Source: Simkaniaceae bacterium (lineage in GTDB: Bacteria > Chlamydiota > Chlamydiia > Chlamydiales > Simkaniaceae). From it: 64,000 nt of DNA. Below the pieces are notes generated by a model that worked only from the letters and a program-made list of their open reading frames with translations, was not told where the DNA came from and made no database searches. A program made the translations under genes and the position numbers. The stretch's first letter is position 1; every line of letters begins with the position of its first letter. Shown in pieces: positions 20,309 to 30,941 of the stretch. The stretch covers positions 36,841-100,840 of the forward strand of contig JBFWSA010000001.1 in assembly GCA_050248615.1 (NCBI GenBank). The letters are read 5' to 3'.

Positions 20309-20890
20309 TTGAAGAAAATAGCGATAACAGGCGGCATCGCTTCTGGGAAGACAACTGTGTGCCGCATTCTTAAAAAGCACGGAGCTTACCAACTCAATTC
20401 TGATGACATCATCCATCAGCTACTTTCTGAAGATAAAACCACCATTGATCAAATCGTAGATCTTCTTGGACCGAGTATATTAGCAGATGGAAAAATTGAT
20501 CGGAAAAAAGTCGCTGCAATTGTCTTTTCCGATCCTCAGAAGCTAAAAGCTTTAGAAGGCATTCTTCATCCCAAACTGTTTCATGCCATTTGGCAAGAGC
20601 ATAAGCGTGTTTTAAAAGATGGGAATTATCGGCTTTTCTCTGTTGAAATGCCTCTCATCCAAGAAATAGGGAAAGAAAAAGATTTCGATTTTGTCATCGC
20701 AGTGATTTGCGATGAAGGGCAAGCGATAGCGCGCAGCCATTTTTCTGAAGAAGATTATAAAAGGCGCATGAACAATCAATGGCCCATAGAAAAAAAAGCC
20801 CAGTTTGCTGACTACGTAATAGTCAATAAAGGGTCTATTAAAGAATTAGAAAAACATGTTCTCGACCTTATCGAGACCCTAACTAAATAG
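20309..20890 (+). CDS. coaE: Dephospho-CoA kinase
   Basis: [28 protein letters not shown] start. Confidence 0.95.
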   Translation: MKKIAITGGIASGKTTVCRILKKHGAYQLNSDDIIHQLLSEDKTTIDQIVDLLGPSILADGKIDRKKVAAIVFSDPQKLKALEGILHPKLFHAIWQEHKRVLKDGNYRLFSVEMPLIQEIGKEKDFDFVIAVICDEGQAIARSHFSEEDYKRRMNNQWPIEKKAQFADYVIVNKGSIKELEKHVLDLIETLTK

Positions 20891-20895
20891 GAGAA

Positions 20896-22254
20896 TTGTT
20901 CGGAATGAACGAAGAAAATACGCATAACGCAACCTCAGAAGACGCAAAGCCCCCTCTCCACAAAAAACCCCGTGAACAAAAACCCCCTAAAGAGCCTACG
21001 ATTACTAAGATTGCTGATCTCCAGCGCATGAACATCGATCAACTCAGCCAATATGCAAAAAATATCGGTTTAGAAAATATCGCCTCTTTGACTAAGTCCC
21101 AAATCGTCTTTGAAGTCGTTAAAATGAAATCTGCCTCGAAAGATGAGGTCCTCGTAGGTGAAGGGGTCCTCGAAGTGCTCCCCGATGGTTTTGGTTTCTT
21201 GCGCTCTCCCAACTACAACTACCTTCCTTCAGCAGAAGATATTTATGTCTCTCCCGCCCAAATCCGTCGCTTTGACCTCAAGAAAGGAGATACGGTCTAT
21301 GGAACGATTCGCTCTCCCAAAGAAAAAGAGAAATACTTTGCCCTCCTGAAAGTCGATTTTATCAATGAACAGTCCCCAGAAAAATCTAAAGAACGGATCT
21401 TCTTCAACAACTTAACCCCTCTTTTCCCGACAGAGCGCTTAGTCATGGAAACAACGAAAGACCAACTCTCCATGCGCGTTCTTGACTTAGCAGCTCCTAT
21501 TGGGAAAGGACAACGGGGACTGATTGTCGCCCCTCCCAAAACCGGTAAAACCATTCTTCTCAAAAATATCGCGAACTCGATTGCTACCAATCATCCTGAA
21601 GTGGTCCTGATCGTCCTCTTAATTGATGAGCGTCCAGAAGAGGTAACCGACATGCAGCGCATGGTTAAAGGGGAAGTCGTCTCTTCAACTTTTGATGAAC
21701 CCCCTGAGCGTCATACCCAAGTAGCTGAAATGGTTATTGAAAAGGCTCGCTCTCTTGTGGAAACAGGAAAAGATGTCGTCATCCTCTTAGATTCCATTAC
21801 TCGCCTCGCGCGCGCTTTTAATACGGTCCAACCCCACTCCGGGAAAATCTTAACAGGGGGGGTCGATGCCCACTCTCTCCATAAACCCAAGCGTTTCTTT
21901 GGAGCTGCCCGGAATGTCGAGCATGGAGGGTCTCTCACCATTATCGCTACCGCTCTTATCGAAACAGGCTCCCGTATGGATGAAGTCATTTTCGAGGAAT
22001 TCAAAGGAACAGGTAACATGGAACTGGTGCTCGATCGCCGCTTGGCCGATCGTCGAACCTACCCAGCCATTGATGTGGTGAGAAGTGGAACGCGAAAAGA
22101 AGATCTCCTTTTCCACCCTGAAGAACTCGAAAAAATCTATCTCTTGAGACAAGCTCTTTCCGACCTCAACCCCCTTGACGCCATGAATCTTCTCTTGAGC
22201 CGATTAAAGAAAACCAACTCTAACGCTGAGTTTCTATTATCCATGAAAGAATAA
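20896..22254 (+). CDS. rho: Transcription termination factor Rho
   Basis: [50 protein letters not shown] before TTG. Confidence 0.99.
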   Translation: MFGMNEENTHNATSEDAKPPLHKKPREQKPPKEPTITKIADLQRMNIDQLSQYAKNIGLENIASLTKSQIVFEVVKMKSASKDEVLVGEGVLEVLPDGFGFLRSPNYNYLPSAEDIYVSPAQIRRFDLKKGDTVYGTIRSPKEKEKYFALLKVDFINEQSPEKSKERIFFNNLTPLFPTERLVMETTKDQLSMRVLDLAAPIGKGQRGLIVAPPKTGKTILLKNIANSIATNHPEVVLIVLLIDERPEEVTDMQRMVKGEVVSSTFDEPPERHTQVAEMVIEKARSLVETGKDVVILLDSITRLARAFNTVQPHSGKILTGGVDAHSLHKPKRFFGAARNVEHGGSLTIIATALIETGSRMDEVIFEEFKGTGNMELVLDRRLADRRTYPAIDVVRSGTRKEDLLFHPEELEKIYLLRQALSDLNPLDAMNLLLSRLKKTNSNAEFLLSMKE

Positions 22255-22317
22255 AATGATTTTCTTTTTTTTCCCGGTCCCCTACGATCTGGAAATAGGG
22301 AATGAAATAGTTTTAAT

Positions 22318-23649
22318 ATGGTTTCAGAGACAGGAAAGTCAAAAAAAAAGCTTCTCCTTATCACTTCCTCGGGAGGTGGGGGGCATTTACAAGCCGCCCA
22401 AGCTCAAAGACTAAAAGCTTTGAGTGAAAACCCTTCTACGGAAATTTTACAGAGAGATATTTTAATTGATTGGGTCGGGAAGCGCTTTGGCAAAGGGTTC
22501 GTCTACCTCTGGAATATCTCCCAGAAGAAAGGGAACCTGAAGCTTTTAACCTTTCTTTCCATGAACATCCCCGTTGCAGACTTTCTTTTCTACCTCCATA
22601 TTTTTTCACGCGTCCTCATCACGATCGTTAAAGAAGACATCGACCAGGTGATCGACACCCAGCCTGTGGGAACCTCGGCGATTATTCGAGCGATTAAATG
22701 GGCGCGCAAGATTACCAACAAACCCCTGAAACTTGAAAAAATCGTTACGGAACTTCCCACTGACAAAGTCCACCATTTTTTCAAACCGATTAAAAGCTTA
22801 AAGCCCCCCTCTCGCTCCTTTCTGAAACTCATCACCACGACCCCGCTTCTCAATCAAAACCAAACAGCAGATGCCTTCTGGCAAAAGAACTGTGGGCTGA
22901 CAGAAAATGAGGTCTGTTATGAGAGCTTCCCTTTGCGCCCCTCCTTTAAAAAGTTTCAAAATGTCCTCCGTCAAACCAACGAGCGGATGAGTATTGAGAT
23001 CCATGTACACTCGGCAGAAGAAAAATTTTTGATTGCCGATACCATTAAGCATGGAAGCCTCCACTCCGAAATCTATCGTGACAAAATCGTCATCACCATT
23101 GAGCCCAACGACAAAGTCTCTACGATTCTTTTAGGAAGTCAACCCACAGAAGAAGCAACCATCAAGTATGTCAAACACTATATCGAGATGATGAAAAAAG
23201 CAGATCCTATTGAGCGTCATCTCCTTTTTGTCTTCTGCAACTCCCACACAGAACATAAGAATAGTCTCCTCAGACGGGTCCATGATTTTGTACAAAAAAT
23301 CTCTGCATACCCCCCCTGTCTCAACATCATCCCCATGTGTTTTCAGGGAGATGAAGTGATCGCCCCCCTCTATTTTCGTAGTGATGCCACCTTCACCCGC
23401 TCAGGAGGCCTCACCTCTATGGAACTCATGTCCGTAGCCCAAGGGCAGATCTGGATCCATTCGGAAACAAAACACGGCACCATCGACGGGGAAAAACTGT
23501 GCAAAGGAATGCCGATTTGGGAAAGGGGCAATGCCACCTATCTCCAAGAAAAAAAAGGGGCTCGCTTCATTACACCAGAAACCTTTGCAGAAGCCTGTCA
23601 ATCCTACTTTCTCCTCGACTCAACAACCCCCGCTGCCACTAGCATTTAA
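22318..23649 (+). CDS. GT-B glycosyltransferase-like protein (MGDG synthase/UgtP/GT28-like motifs)
   Basis: LLITSSGGGGHLQAA, FTRSGGLTSMEL, WERGNATYL. Confidence 0.6.
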   Translation: MVSETGKSKKKLLLITSSGGGGHLQAAQAQRLKALSENPSTEILQRDILIDWVGKRFGKGFVYLWNISQKKGNLKLLTFLSMNIPVADFLFYLHIFSRVLITIVKEDIDQVIDTQPVGTSAIIRAIKWARKITNKPLKLEKIVTELPTDKVHHFFKPIKSLKPPSRSFLKLITTTPLLNQNQTADAFWQKNCGLTENEVCYESFPLRPSFKKFQNVLRQTNERMSIEIHVHSAEEKFLIADTIKHGSLHSEIYRDKIVITIEPNDKVSTILLGSQPTEEATIKYVKHYIEMMKKADPIERHLLFVFCNSHTEHKNSLLRRVHDFVQKISAYPPCLNIIPMCFQGDEVIAPLYFRSDATFTRSGGLTSMELMSVAQGQIWIHSETKHGTIDGEKLCKGMPIWERGNATYLQEKKGARFITPETFAEACQSYFLLDSTTPAATSI

Positions 23650-23675
23650 TTAGGAAGTATGCGATATTTCCTTCT

Positions 23676-25019
23676 ATGCGTACCCTTCCAAAAACGATTA
23701 GTCCTATTCTAGAAGCGATTAAAACACGTAACTATACAGTTGCAGTTGTTGGGTTGGGTTATGTGGGTCTCCCCCTTCTCATGGCCTTTCATGAACAAAA
23801 GTTCTCCGTCTTAGGGATTGACATCGATGCTAATAAAATCGACTCGATCCAAAATGGGTTCTCTTACTTGAAACATATCCCCGATACGGCGATTCAAAAC
23901 CTGCAAGAATCGGATCGGTGCAGGGTCACAACCGATTTTTCCTTAGCAAAAGATGCCGATGCCCTGCTCATTTGTGTCCCCACTCCTCTCTCTCGCCATC
24001 GCGAGCCCGACCTTTCCTACGTGGAAAAAACTGTCAAAGCCCTCTCTCCTCATATGAAAAAAGGGCAAATTCTCATCTTAGAATCAACGACCTATCCCGG
24101 AACAACCGAGGAAGTTGTCAAGCCAATCTGTGAAAAGATTTCGGGACTAAAATCTGGAAAAGATTTCTATCTCGCTTATAGCCCCGAAAGAGAAGATCCC
24201 GGGAACTTACAATTCGAAACAGCAACCATTCCCAAAGTGGTGGGTGCAGAAGGAGAGGAAGCCCTAGAAATCGCTACTCTCCTCTACTCTGAAGCTATCC
24301 AAAAAGTGGTCCCCGTCTCCAGCACAAGAACGGGGGAGGCTGTCAAGCTTCTCGAAAATATCTTTCGTTCGGTAAATATCGCTCTTGTCAATGAACTTAA
24401 AATCGTTTTCGACAAAATGGAGATTGATATCCATGAAGTGATCGAAGCAGCGAAGACGAAACCCTTCGGATACATGCCCTTTTATCCCGGACCTGGACTC
24501 GGCGGCCACTGTATCCCCATCGACCCTTTTTACCTCACATGGAAAGCGCGAGAACTGGGGATTCATACCCGTTTCATTGAGCTCGCAGGAGAGATCAACA
24601 CGGCCATGCCCCACTATGTGATCAAACGCACTATGGAGGCGCTCAACAGTCAGAAAAAAGCGGTAAACGGGAGTCGCATTTTGTGTATTGGCCTTGCCTA
24701 CAAACCCAACATCGGGGACTGTCGAGAGTCTCCTGCCTTTACAATTATGGACCTCCTCCAAGCCCAAGGAGCTGAAGTGGAATACTTTGACCCTTACATC
24801 CCCGAGGTCCCCCAAACACGCGAACATAAAAATTGGCACAAGAAAAAGTCGATCATTTGGGATAAAAAGGCTCTCTCTTCATTCGCTGCCGCTATTGTCA
24901 TTACCCATCATAGCAGTATCCCCTACCCAGACCTCCTCGCCGCCTGTCCCTTGATTATCGACACCCGTAATGCCTGCGCCGATTATCCTTCAAAACCTAG
25001 CCAAGTCTGGAAGTCATGA
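23676..25019 (+). CDS. Nucleotide-sugar dehydrogenase (UDP-GlcNAc 6-dehydrogenase, WbpA/WecC-like)
   Basis: GLGYVGLP, ICVPTP, LESTTYPGTT, SPEREDPG, GPGLGGHCIPIDP. Confidence 0.93.
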   Translation: MRTLPKTISPILEAIKTRNYTVAVVGLGYVGLPLLMAFHEQKFSVLGIDIDANKIDSIQNGFSYLKHIPDTAIQNLQESDRCRVTTDFSLAKDADALLICVPTPLSRHREPDLSYVEKTVKALSPHMKKGQILILESTTYPGTTEEVVKPICEKISGLKSGKDFYLAYSPEREDPGNLQFETATIPKVVGAEGEEALEIATLLYSEAIQKVVPVSSTRTGEAVKLLENIFRSVNIALVNELKIVFDKMEIDIHEVIEAAKTKPFGYMPFYPGPGLGGHCIPIDPFYLTWKARELGIHTRFIELAGEINTAMPHYVIKRTMEALNSQKKAVNGSRILCIGLAYKPNIGDCRESPAFTIMDLLQAQGAEVEYFDPYIPEVPQTREHKNWHKKKSIIWDKKALSSFAAAIVITHHSSIPYPDLLAACPLIIDTRNACADYPSKPSQVWKS

Positions 25020-26092
25020 AAATTCTCAATATCGTCGGAGCCCGTCCTAATTTCATGAAAATGGCTCCTCTCCTTGCAGCCATGCAGAAAAGCGTTAAAA
25101 TCACCCCCCTTCTATTGCATACAGGACAACACTACGACTACAAAATGTCCCAGGTGTTTTTCGATAACCTCGGACTCAAAGAGCCCGATATCTTTTTGGA
25201 GTGTGGAGGAGGATCTCACGCTACACAAACAGCCAAAATCATGCTCTCTTTTGAACCCATCCTTCTCAACAATCCGGTAGATCTAGTCGTTGTCGCAGGA
25301 GATGTCAACTCCACCCTTGCCTGCAGTTTAGTTGCCAGTAAACTCCACATCCCCCTTGCCCATATCGAGGCAGGACTCCGCAGTTTTGACCGAGAAATGC
25401 CCGAAGAAATTAACCGCATCGTGACCGATAGCCTCTCCGATTACCTCTTCACAACCTGTGAAGATGCCAATAAAAATCTCCTCAAAGAGGGATGTGCACC
25501 TGAGAAGATCCACTTTGTGGGTAATCTCATGATCGATACCCTTTGCCTGATGCTCCCAAAAGCGCGGGCCTCTTCGATTCATCAAGACCTCGCTTGCCCT
25601 CCGACCTATGGATTAATCACGCTCCACCGCCCTTCGAACGTTGATTCTCCCGCAACCTTTTCTGGGATTCTCGACTCACTTGAAGCCATCCAAAAAGATC
25701 TTCCCCTCATCTGGCCCCTCCATCCTCGCAGTAAAAGTGCGATTGAAAAACACGGGTTTGGAAAGAGAATCGCTTCTCTCGCTAACTTAAAAATCATCGA
25801 CCCTCTCGGTTATATTGACAATCTCTCGTTAATGGATAAAGCGCGCGTGGTCCTTACCGATTCGGGGGGAATTCAAGAAGAGACAACAGTGCTTAACGTT
25901 CCCTGCCTCACGCTCCGTAAAAATACCGAGCGTCCCATCACCATTACCGAAGGGACTAACCGCTTAGTCGGCGTTGAAACCCAAAACATCTTAGAAGGAT
26001 TCCATGCGATCGCAACCATCTCCCCTAAATCGCCCCCTCTTTGGGATGGGAAAACAGCCTCTCGAATCGTCAAAATCCTGGAGGCTTTATGA
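25016..26092 (+). CDS. wecB: UDP-N-acetylglucosamine 2-epimerase (non-hydrolysing)
   Basis: GARPNFMK, HTGQHYD, GDVNSTLA, HIEAGLRS, TDSGGIQEE. Confidence 0.95.
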   Translation: MKILNIVGARPNFMKMAPLLAAMQKSVKITPLLLHTGQHYDYKMSQVFFDNLGLKEPDIFLECGGGSHATQTAKIMLSFEPILLNNPVDLVVVAGDVNSTLACSLVASKLHIPLAHIEAGLRSFDREMPEEINRIVTDSLSDYLFTTCEDANKNLLKEGCAPEKIHFVGNLMIDTLCLMLPKARASSIHQDLACPPTYGLITLHRPSNVDSPATFSGILDSLEAIQKDLPLIWPLHPRSKSAIEKHGFGKRIASLANLKIIDPLGYIDNLSLMDKARVVLTDSGGIQEETTVLNVPCLTLRKNTERPITITEGTNRLVGVETQNILEGFHAIATISPKSPPLWDGKTASRIVKILEAL

Positions 26093-28200
26093 AACAAGTC
26101 CTCATTAAACAAGGACAATCGATTGTAGAAGAGGTCCCCGCCCCCTGTGTTGAGAAAGGACGGGTCCTTGTTCAAGTCGATCACTCCTGCATCTCTCCTG
26201 GGACCGAGCTCAGCAGCCTACAAGGTAGCGGCGAGCCTCTTTGGAAAAAAGCCCTAAAAAATCCCCAAAAAGTAAAAAAAGCCATTGAGATGGTAATGGC
26301 CCAGGGCTTCAAAAAAACGAAAAGCTTAGTCGAAGGGAAACTCTCCTCGGGAAATGTTACCGGTTATTCCGCTGCAGGAACCATATTACAAGTCGGCAAG
26401 GGGATTACCGATCTCCGGATCGGAGACCGCGTTGCTTGTGCAGGTGCCCAGTGTGCCCATCACGCCGAAGTGATCTCTGTCCCCCGTAATTTAACAGTTC
26501 CCATTCCCGAAGGGGTCTCCTTTGCCCATGCTAGTACCGTGACCCTGGGAGCGATTGCCATGCAGGGTTTACGCCGCGCTGCCCCAACCCTCGGCGAAAC
26601 TTTTGTGGTCATTGGACTCGGTTTTTTAGGACAACTCACAACACAATTTCTTAAATTGAATGGGTGTCATGTTGTGGGGATCGATTTAGATGTAAACCGG
26701 ACAGACCTTGCTGAAGAATTAGGAATGGATATCAGCTTTAACCGGACAGATGTAGAAGAAATTGGCCGCCTCACTCTCGGAGTTGGTGCAGATGGTGTCA
26801 TTATTACAGCAGCCTCTTCCTCCCATGATCTTATTGCCGATGCCTTCCATCTATGCCGCCGGAAAGGGCGTGTTGTCCTTGTCGGGGATGTGGGTCTTAA
26901 CCTCAAACGGGCCGATTTTTACCAAAAAGAGATCGATTTCTTTATCTCCACTTCGTATGGGCCAGGTCGTTATGACTCCCAGTATGAAGAGCAGGGAATA
27001 GACTATCCCCTTCCTTATGTCCGCTGGACAGAAAATCGCAACATGAGCGCTTATCTCGACTTACTGGCTCAAGGGAAAGTCTTTATCGATGCTCTCATAG
27101 CCCAATCTTTTCCCATCGATCGCGCTCAGGAAGCTTACACCACCCTCCAAGGAGACGGCATAAAACCCCTTGGCGTCCTCCTCTCTTACCCCAAACGGGA
27201 GATCTCTCATACAATCACCACCCCCAAGCTCCAGTATCGAGAGGGAACCCATATTGAAGTGGCCGTCATTGGAGCGGGAGGGTTTGCTAAGGGCATGCAT
27301 CTTCCCAATTTAGAAAGCTTAAACGATCAGTTTCAAATCAAAGCTATCGTCTCCCGGTCGGGACATAATGCAGCAGCTACTGCCAAGCAATTTAATGCGC
27401 CGATTGCTTCCACAAACTATAGCGAGATTCTCTCAAACCCTGAAATCGATGCCGTGATCATTACAACCCGCCACGATCTCCACCAACGTATGGCACTTGA
27501 GGCTCTGAAAGCAGGAAAGCATGTTCTTCTCGAAAAACCTCTTTGCCTGAGCTTCGAAGAATTAGAAGAAATCAAAACCTATTTCTTAGAAAGCAGCTCC
27601 ACACCTCTTCTTCTGACAGGATTTAACCGCCGTTTTTCTCCCCCTATCCAAAAAATCAAGTCCCACTTAAAGGGACCTCTCGTCATTAACTACCGCATGA
27701 ATGCAGGCTTTATTCCGCGCGATCATTGGATCCAACAAGAAGAGGGAGGAGGGCGTAACATTGGAGAAGCGTGTCATATCTATGATCTCTTCACCTATCT
27801 TACAGAAAGCAAAGTCACCCAAATCAACGCCCAAAGCATCCGTCCCCCATCGGATCAATATCACATCAATGATAACTTCATCGCTACCCTGCAATTCCAA
27901 GATGGATCTGTTGCCACGTTGACCTACACCTCCCTCGGCTCTCCAGACTATCCCAAAGAACACATGGAAGTTTATGCCGATGGAAAAGTTTACGTCTTAG
28001 AAGACTACAAAAAAGTCACCCTATTTGGCTCGAAAGAGCCCGGCTACTCGAGCCAAATCTCCCAAAAGGGACAAAAAGAAGAACTCATTGCCTTTGCCCA
28101 AGCGATTCAAACCGGAGCAACTTGGCCGATCCCTCTTTGGCAACAGCTGCAAGCAACCGAAATCAGCCTCAAAGTCGAACAACAATTATGTGCGGAATAA
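26089..28200 (+). CDS. Bi-domain oxidoreductase (zinc-ADH-like plus Gfo/Idh/MocA), typical of polysaccharide loci
   Basis: ISPGTE, SYGPGRYD, YVRWTENRN; second domain IGAGGFA, HVLLEKP, GFNRRF, GEACH. Confidence 0.9.
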   Translation: MKQVLIKQGQSIVEEVPAPCVEKGRVLVQVDHSCISPGTELSSLQGSGEPLWKKALKNPQKVKKAIEMVMAQGFKKTKSLVEGKLSSGNVTGYSAAGTILQVGKGITDLRIGDRVACAGAQCAHHAEVISVPRNLTVPIPEGVSFAHASTVTLGAIAMQGLRRAAPTLGETFVVIGLGFLGQLTTQFLKLNGCHVVGIDLDVNRTDLAEELGMDISFNRTDVEEIGRLTLGVGADGVIITAASSSHDLIADAFHLCRRKGRVVLVGDVGLNLKRADFYQKEIDFFISTSYGPGRYDSQYEEQGIDYPLPYVRWTENRNMSAYLDLLAQGKVFIDALIAQSFPIDRAQEAYTTLQGDGIKPLGVLLSYPKREISHTITTPKLQYREGTHIEVAVIGAGGFAKGMHLPNLESLNDQFQIKAIVSRSGHNAAATAKQFNAPIASTNYSEILSNPEIDAVIITTRHDLHQRMALEALKAGKHVLLEKPLCLSFEELEEIKTYFLESSSTPLLLTGFNRRFSPPIQKIKSHLKGPLVINYRMNAGFIPRDHWIQQEEGGGRNIGEACHIYDLFTYLTESKVTQINAQSIRPPSDQYHINDNFIATLQFQDGSVATLTYTSLGSPDYPKEHMEVYADGKVYVLEDYKKVTLFGSKEPGYSSQISQKGQKEELIAFAQAIQTGATWPIPLWQQLQATEISLKVEQQLCAE

Positions 28201-30089
28201 ACGGCGCTTTAGCCTTTAAGAATTCTTCCTTTACCATCACTGAAGCCTATCTCAGGAAGATGCGTGACACCATGATCCATCGAGGGCCAGATGGGGCAGG
28301 AACCTGGGTCTCCTCTGATGGACGCGTCGGCTTTGGTCACCGCCGCCTCTCCATTATTGATCTATCCGAAAAAGCGGCTCAACCTATGGGTAATCCCGAA
28401 AAAACAGTCTGGATTACTTTTAATGGAGAGATTTATAACCACCAAGAACTCCGGAAAGAAATAGAAAGCCTCTCCCCCAAACCCTGGATGACAGATCATT
28501 CCGATACAGAAGTCATTCTAAGAGCCTTTGAACTTTGGGGGATCGATTGTATCCACCGCTTTCGTGGAATGTTTGCTATCGCTATCTGGGATACAAAAAA
28601 AAGAGAGCTTTACCTTGTACGTGATCGCATAGGAGTCAAACCGCTTTACTATAGTATCCATAATGGAAGGCTTACCTTTGCCTCCGAAATCAAAGCATTA
28701 CTTCAAGATCCTGATCAAACCCGCGCCGTGAATGAAGAAAGTCTTTATCACTACCTCTCATTCCTGACCACTCCCGCTCCTAATACTCTATTCGAAGGGA
28801 TCAAAAAACTTCCTGGTGGCACTTTTCTTCGCATTCATGAAGAAGGAACAATCAAAGAGCACCGCTACTGGGATGTTTGGGACCATACCACCCCTCTCTC
28901 TCACCTATCCGAACAAGAGATCTCAGAAAGGCTTCTGGCAGAACTCAAAACAGCAGTCCGTTACCGCGGCATCAGCGACGTGCCAGTAGGGATCTTTTTA
29001 TCAGGGGGGATTGATTCGAGCACCAACGCAGCCCTCTTTTCTGCAGAAAGCTCTTCACAAATCAAAACCTTTTCTATCGGCTATAAAGGGAATTACGCTA
29101 CTTACCAAAACGAGCTCCACTATGCTAAACAAATGGCTGATCTCATCCATGCGAAATATCATGAGCGACAACTTACTCTAGATGACCTTTTGGATTTTCT
29201 TCCTCAAATGATCCACCTCCAAGATGAACCCATTGCCGATCCCGTCTGTATTCCCGTCTACTACGTCTCCAAACTCGCTCGGGATCATGGAGTGACTGTT
29301 TGCCAAGTCGGTGAGGGGTCTGACGAACTCTTTTGGGGATACCCCTCTTGGAAAACAGCCTTGCGCTTGGAACAGCTCAACCGCATCCCCTTGATGCGTC
29401 CTTTAAAAAAACTCGGCATGGCCTATGGAAAAACGATTGGAAAAGAATTTTCAAAACAGTATGAACTCCTCCGCCGAGGGAGCTTAAACCAACCTGTTTT
29501 TTGGGGAGGGGCAGAAGCTTTTAATGAAGCAGAAAAACAGCGCCTCCTTTCTCCCTCGCTCCGGAAAAAGTTTGCCTCTACGACCTCTTGGGAAGTACTC
29601 AGCCCTATCTATAACCGCTTTAAAGAAAAAGCGTGGGAACAAAAACCCTTAAATTGGATGTCCTACCTCGATCTCAATCTCCGTCTTCCCGAACTTCTCT
29701 TAATGCGTGTAGACAAAATGAGTATGGGGGTAAGTTTAGAAGGACGCGTCCCCTTCCTCGATCACAAATTCGTCGAACTTGCCATGAGTATTCCCCAAAA
29801 AATAAAGACAAAAAAAGGGAATCTCAAATCCATCCTGAAGAAATCTGTCCGCGGTGTCATTCCCGATTCCCTCATTGATCGCCAAAAACAAGGGTTTGGT
29901 GTTCCCATTCATGAATGGTTCTTTGATCGCCTAGGAACAGAAATGAAAACCGAACTCAAATCTTTTTGCGAAGAAACAGACCTTCTCGATTATTCCGCTA
30001 TTGAAACCCATTTAAATAAAGGGGATGGTCCTCGAGCCTGGTATCTTTATAACCTCGCCCTCTGGTGGAAAACTTTTATAAAGGGATAA
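28188..30089 (+). CDS. Asparagine synthase (glutamine-hydrolysing)-family amidotransferase, probably a sugar amidotransferase
   Basis: N-terminal MCGI, HRGPD, HRRLSIIDL, NGEIYN, LSGGIDSS, RVPFLDH. Confidence 0.93.
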   Translation: MCGINGALAFKNSSFTITEAYLRKMRDTMIHRGPDGAGTWVSSDGRVGFGHRRLSIIDLSEKAAQPMGNPEKTVWITFNGEIYNHQELRKEIESLSPKPWMTDHSDTEVILRAFELWGIDCIHRFRGMFAIAIWDTKKRELYLVRDRIGVKPLYYSIHNGRLTFASEIKALLQDPDQTRAVNEESLYHYLSFLTTPAPNTLFEGIKKLPGGTFLRIHEEGTIKEHRYWDVWDHTTPLSHLSEQEISERLLAELKTAVRYRGISDVPVGIFLSGGIDSSTNAALFSAESSSQIKTFSIGYKGNYATYQNELHYAKQMADLIHAKYHERQLTLDDLLDFLPQMIHLQDEPIADPVCIPVYYVSKLARDHGVTVCQVGEGSDELFWGYPSWKTALRLEQLNRIPLMRPLKKLGMAYGKTIGKEFSKQYELLRRGSLNQPVFWGGAEAFNEAEKQRLLSPSLRKKFASTTSWEVLSPIYNRFKEKAWEQKPLNWMSYLDLNLRLPELLLMRVDKMSMGVSLEGRVPFLDHKFVELAMSIPQKIKTKKGNLKSILKKSVRGVIPDSLIDRQKQGFGVPIHEWFFDRLGTEMKTELKSFCEETDLLDYSAIETHLNKGDGPRAWYLYNLALWWKTFIKG

Positions 30090-30095
30090 ATCACT

Positions 30096-30941
30096 ATGGA
30101 AATAGAAAAACAAAATGCTAGTCAATTTTGGAGCAAAAGTCCAGCTGGATGGTCCCATGCTCCCAATGAATCCCCAGGTGAAAAAGAGTATTTCGAAAAG
30201 GTAAGACACCTGCGAAATACACACGAACTACGCACGTTACTAGATACCATTCCTTTTAAATCTTTTGCTAAAAAGAAGGTACTCGAGCTGGGCTGTGGTC
30301 AAGGATTTGATGCTTATGAGTTTTGTCTGAATCAATGCGACTATACAGGAATCGATATCGCGACTGAAAATATCAAACGAGCAAAACAAAACCTTTCTTA
30401 TTATGGCTTCAATCCAGAGATTCACCTAGGTGATGCTGAAAATCTCCCTTTTTCCGATCATACATACGATATCGTTTACTCGAATGGAGTGCTTCATCAT
30501 ACGCCCAATATGAAGCAAAGCTTTAAAGAAGCCAATAGAGTGCTCAAAAAAGATGGAGAGTTTTATGTGATTCTCTATCATAAACATTCGATCTTTTATA
30601 TTTTAACGGTGTTTCTTTTTGAATATATTCTTAAAGGAGGAATCTTTAAGTATTCTATGAAAAAACGGCGCTCTATGATTGAGTCCAGTATAAATTCAGA
30701 AGATGCTCCCTCGGTCCTTGTAAATGTTTATACAAAAAGAAAACTCAAAAAGCTTTTAAAACAGTCAGGTTTTCATGTCTATGACTTATGGATCCGTAAA
30801 CTTGAGCTTGCAGACTTTCCCTGTCAACGACTAATGAAGCATATCTGGCCTAATCTTTCTCCCCGTTTTGTCCATTGGCTGGAAAAGCATTGGGGGTGGT
30901 ATGTGGTTGGACATGCGATAAAAAAATCCCACTCATCATGA
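30096..30941 (+). CDS. Class I SAM-dependent methyltransferase
   Basis: VLELGCGQG, GDAENLPF, YSNGVLHH. Confidence 0.9.
   Translation: MEIEKQNASQFWSKSPAGWSHAPNESPGEKEYFEKVRHLRNTHELRTLLDTIPFKSFAKKKVLELGCGQGFDAYEFCLNQCDYTGIDIATENIKRAKQNLSYYGFNPEIHLGDAENLPFSDHTYDIVYSNGVLHHTPNMKQSFKEANRVLKKDGEFYVILYHKHSIFYILTVFLFEYILKGGIFKYSMKKRRSMIESSINSEDAPSVLVNVYTKRKLKKLLKQSGFHVYDLWIRKLELADFPCQRLMKHIWPNLSPRFVHWLEKHWGWYVVGHAIKKSHSS

Noticed and set aside
24264..24839. 191 aa antisense ORF, and many similar shadow ORFs over polA, rho, murA and rsgA
   Set aside because: They are antisense or alternative-frame shadows of well-conserved genes with no recognisable motifs.
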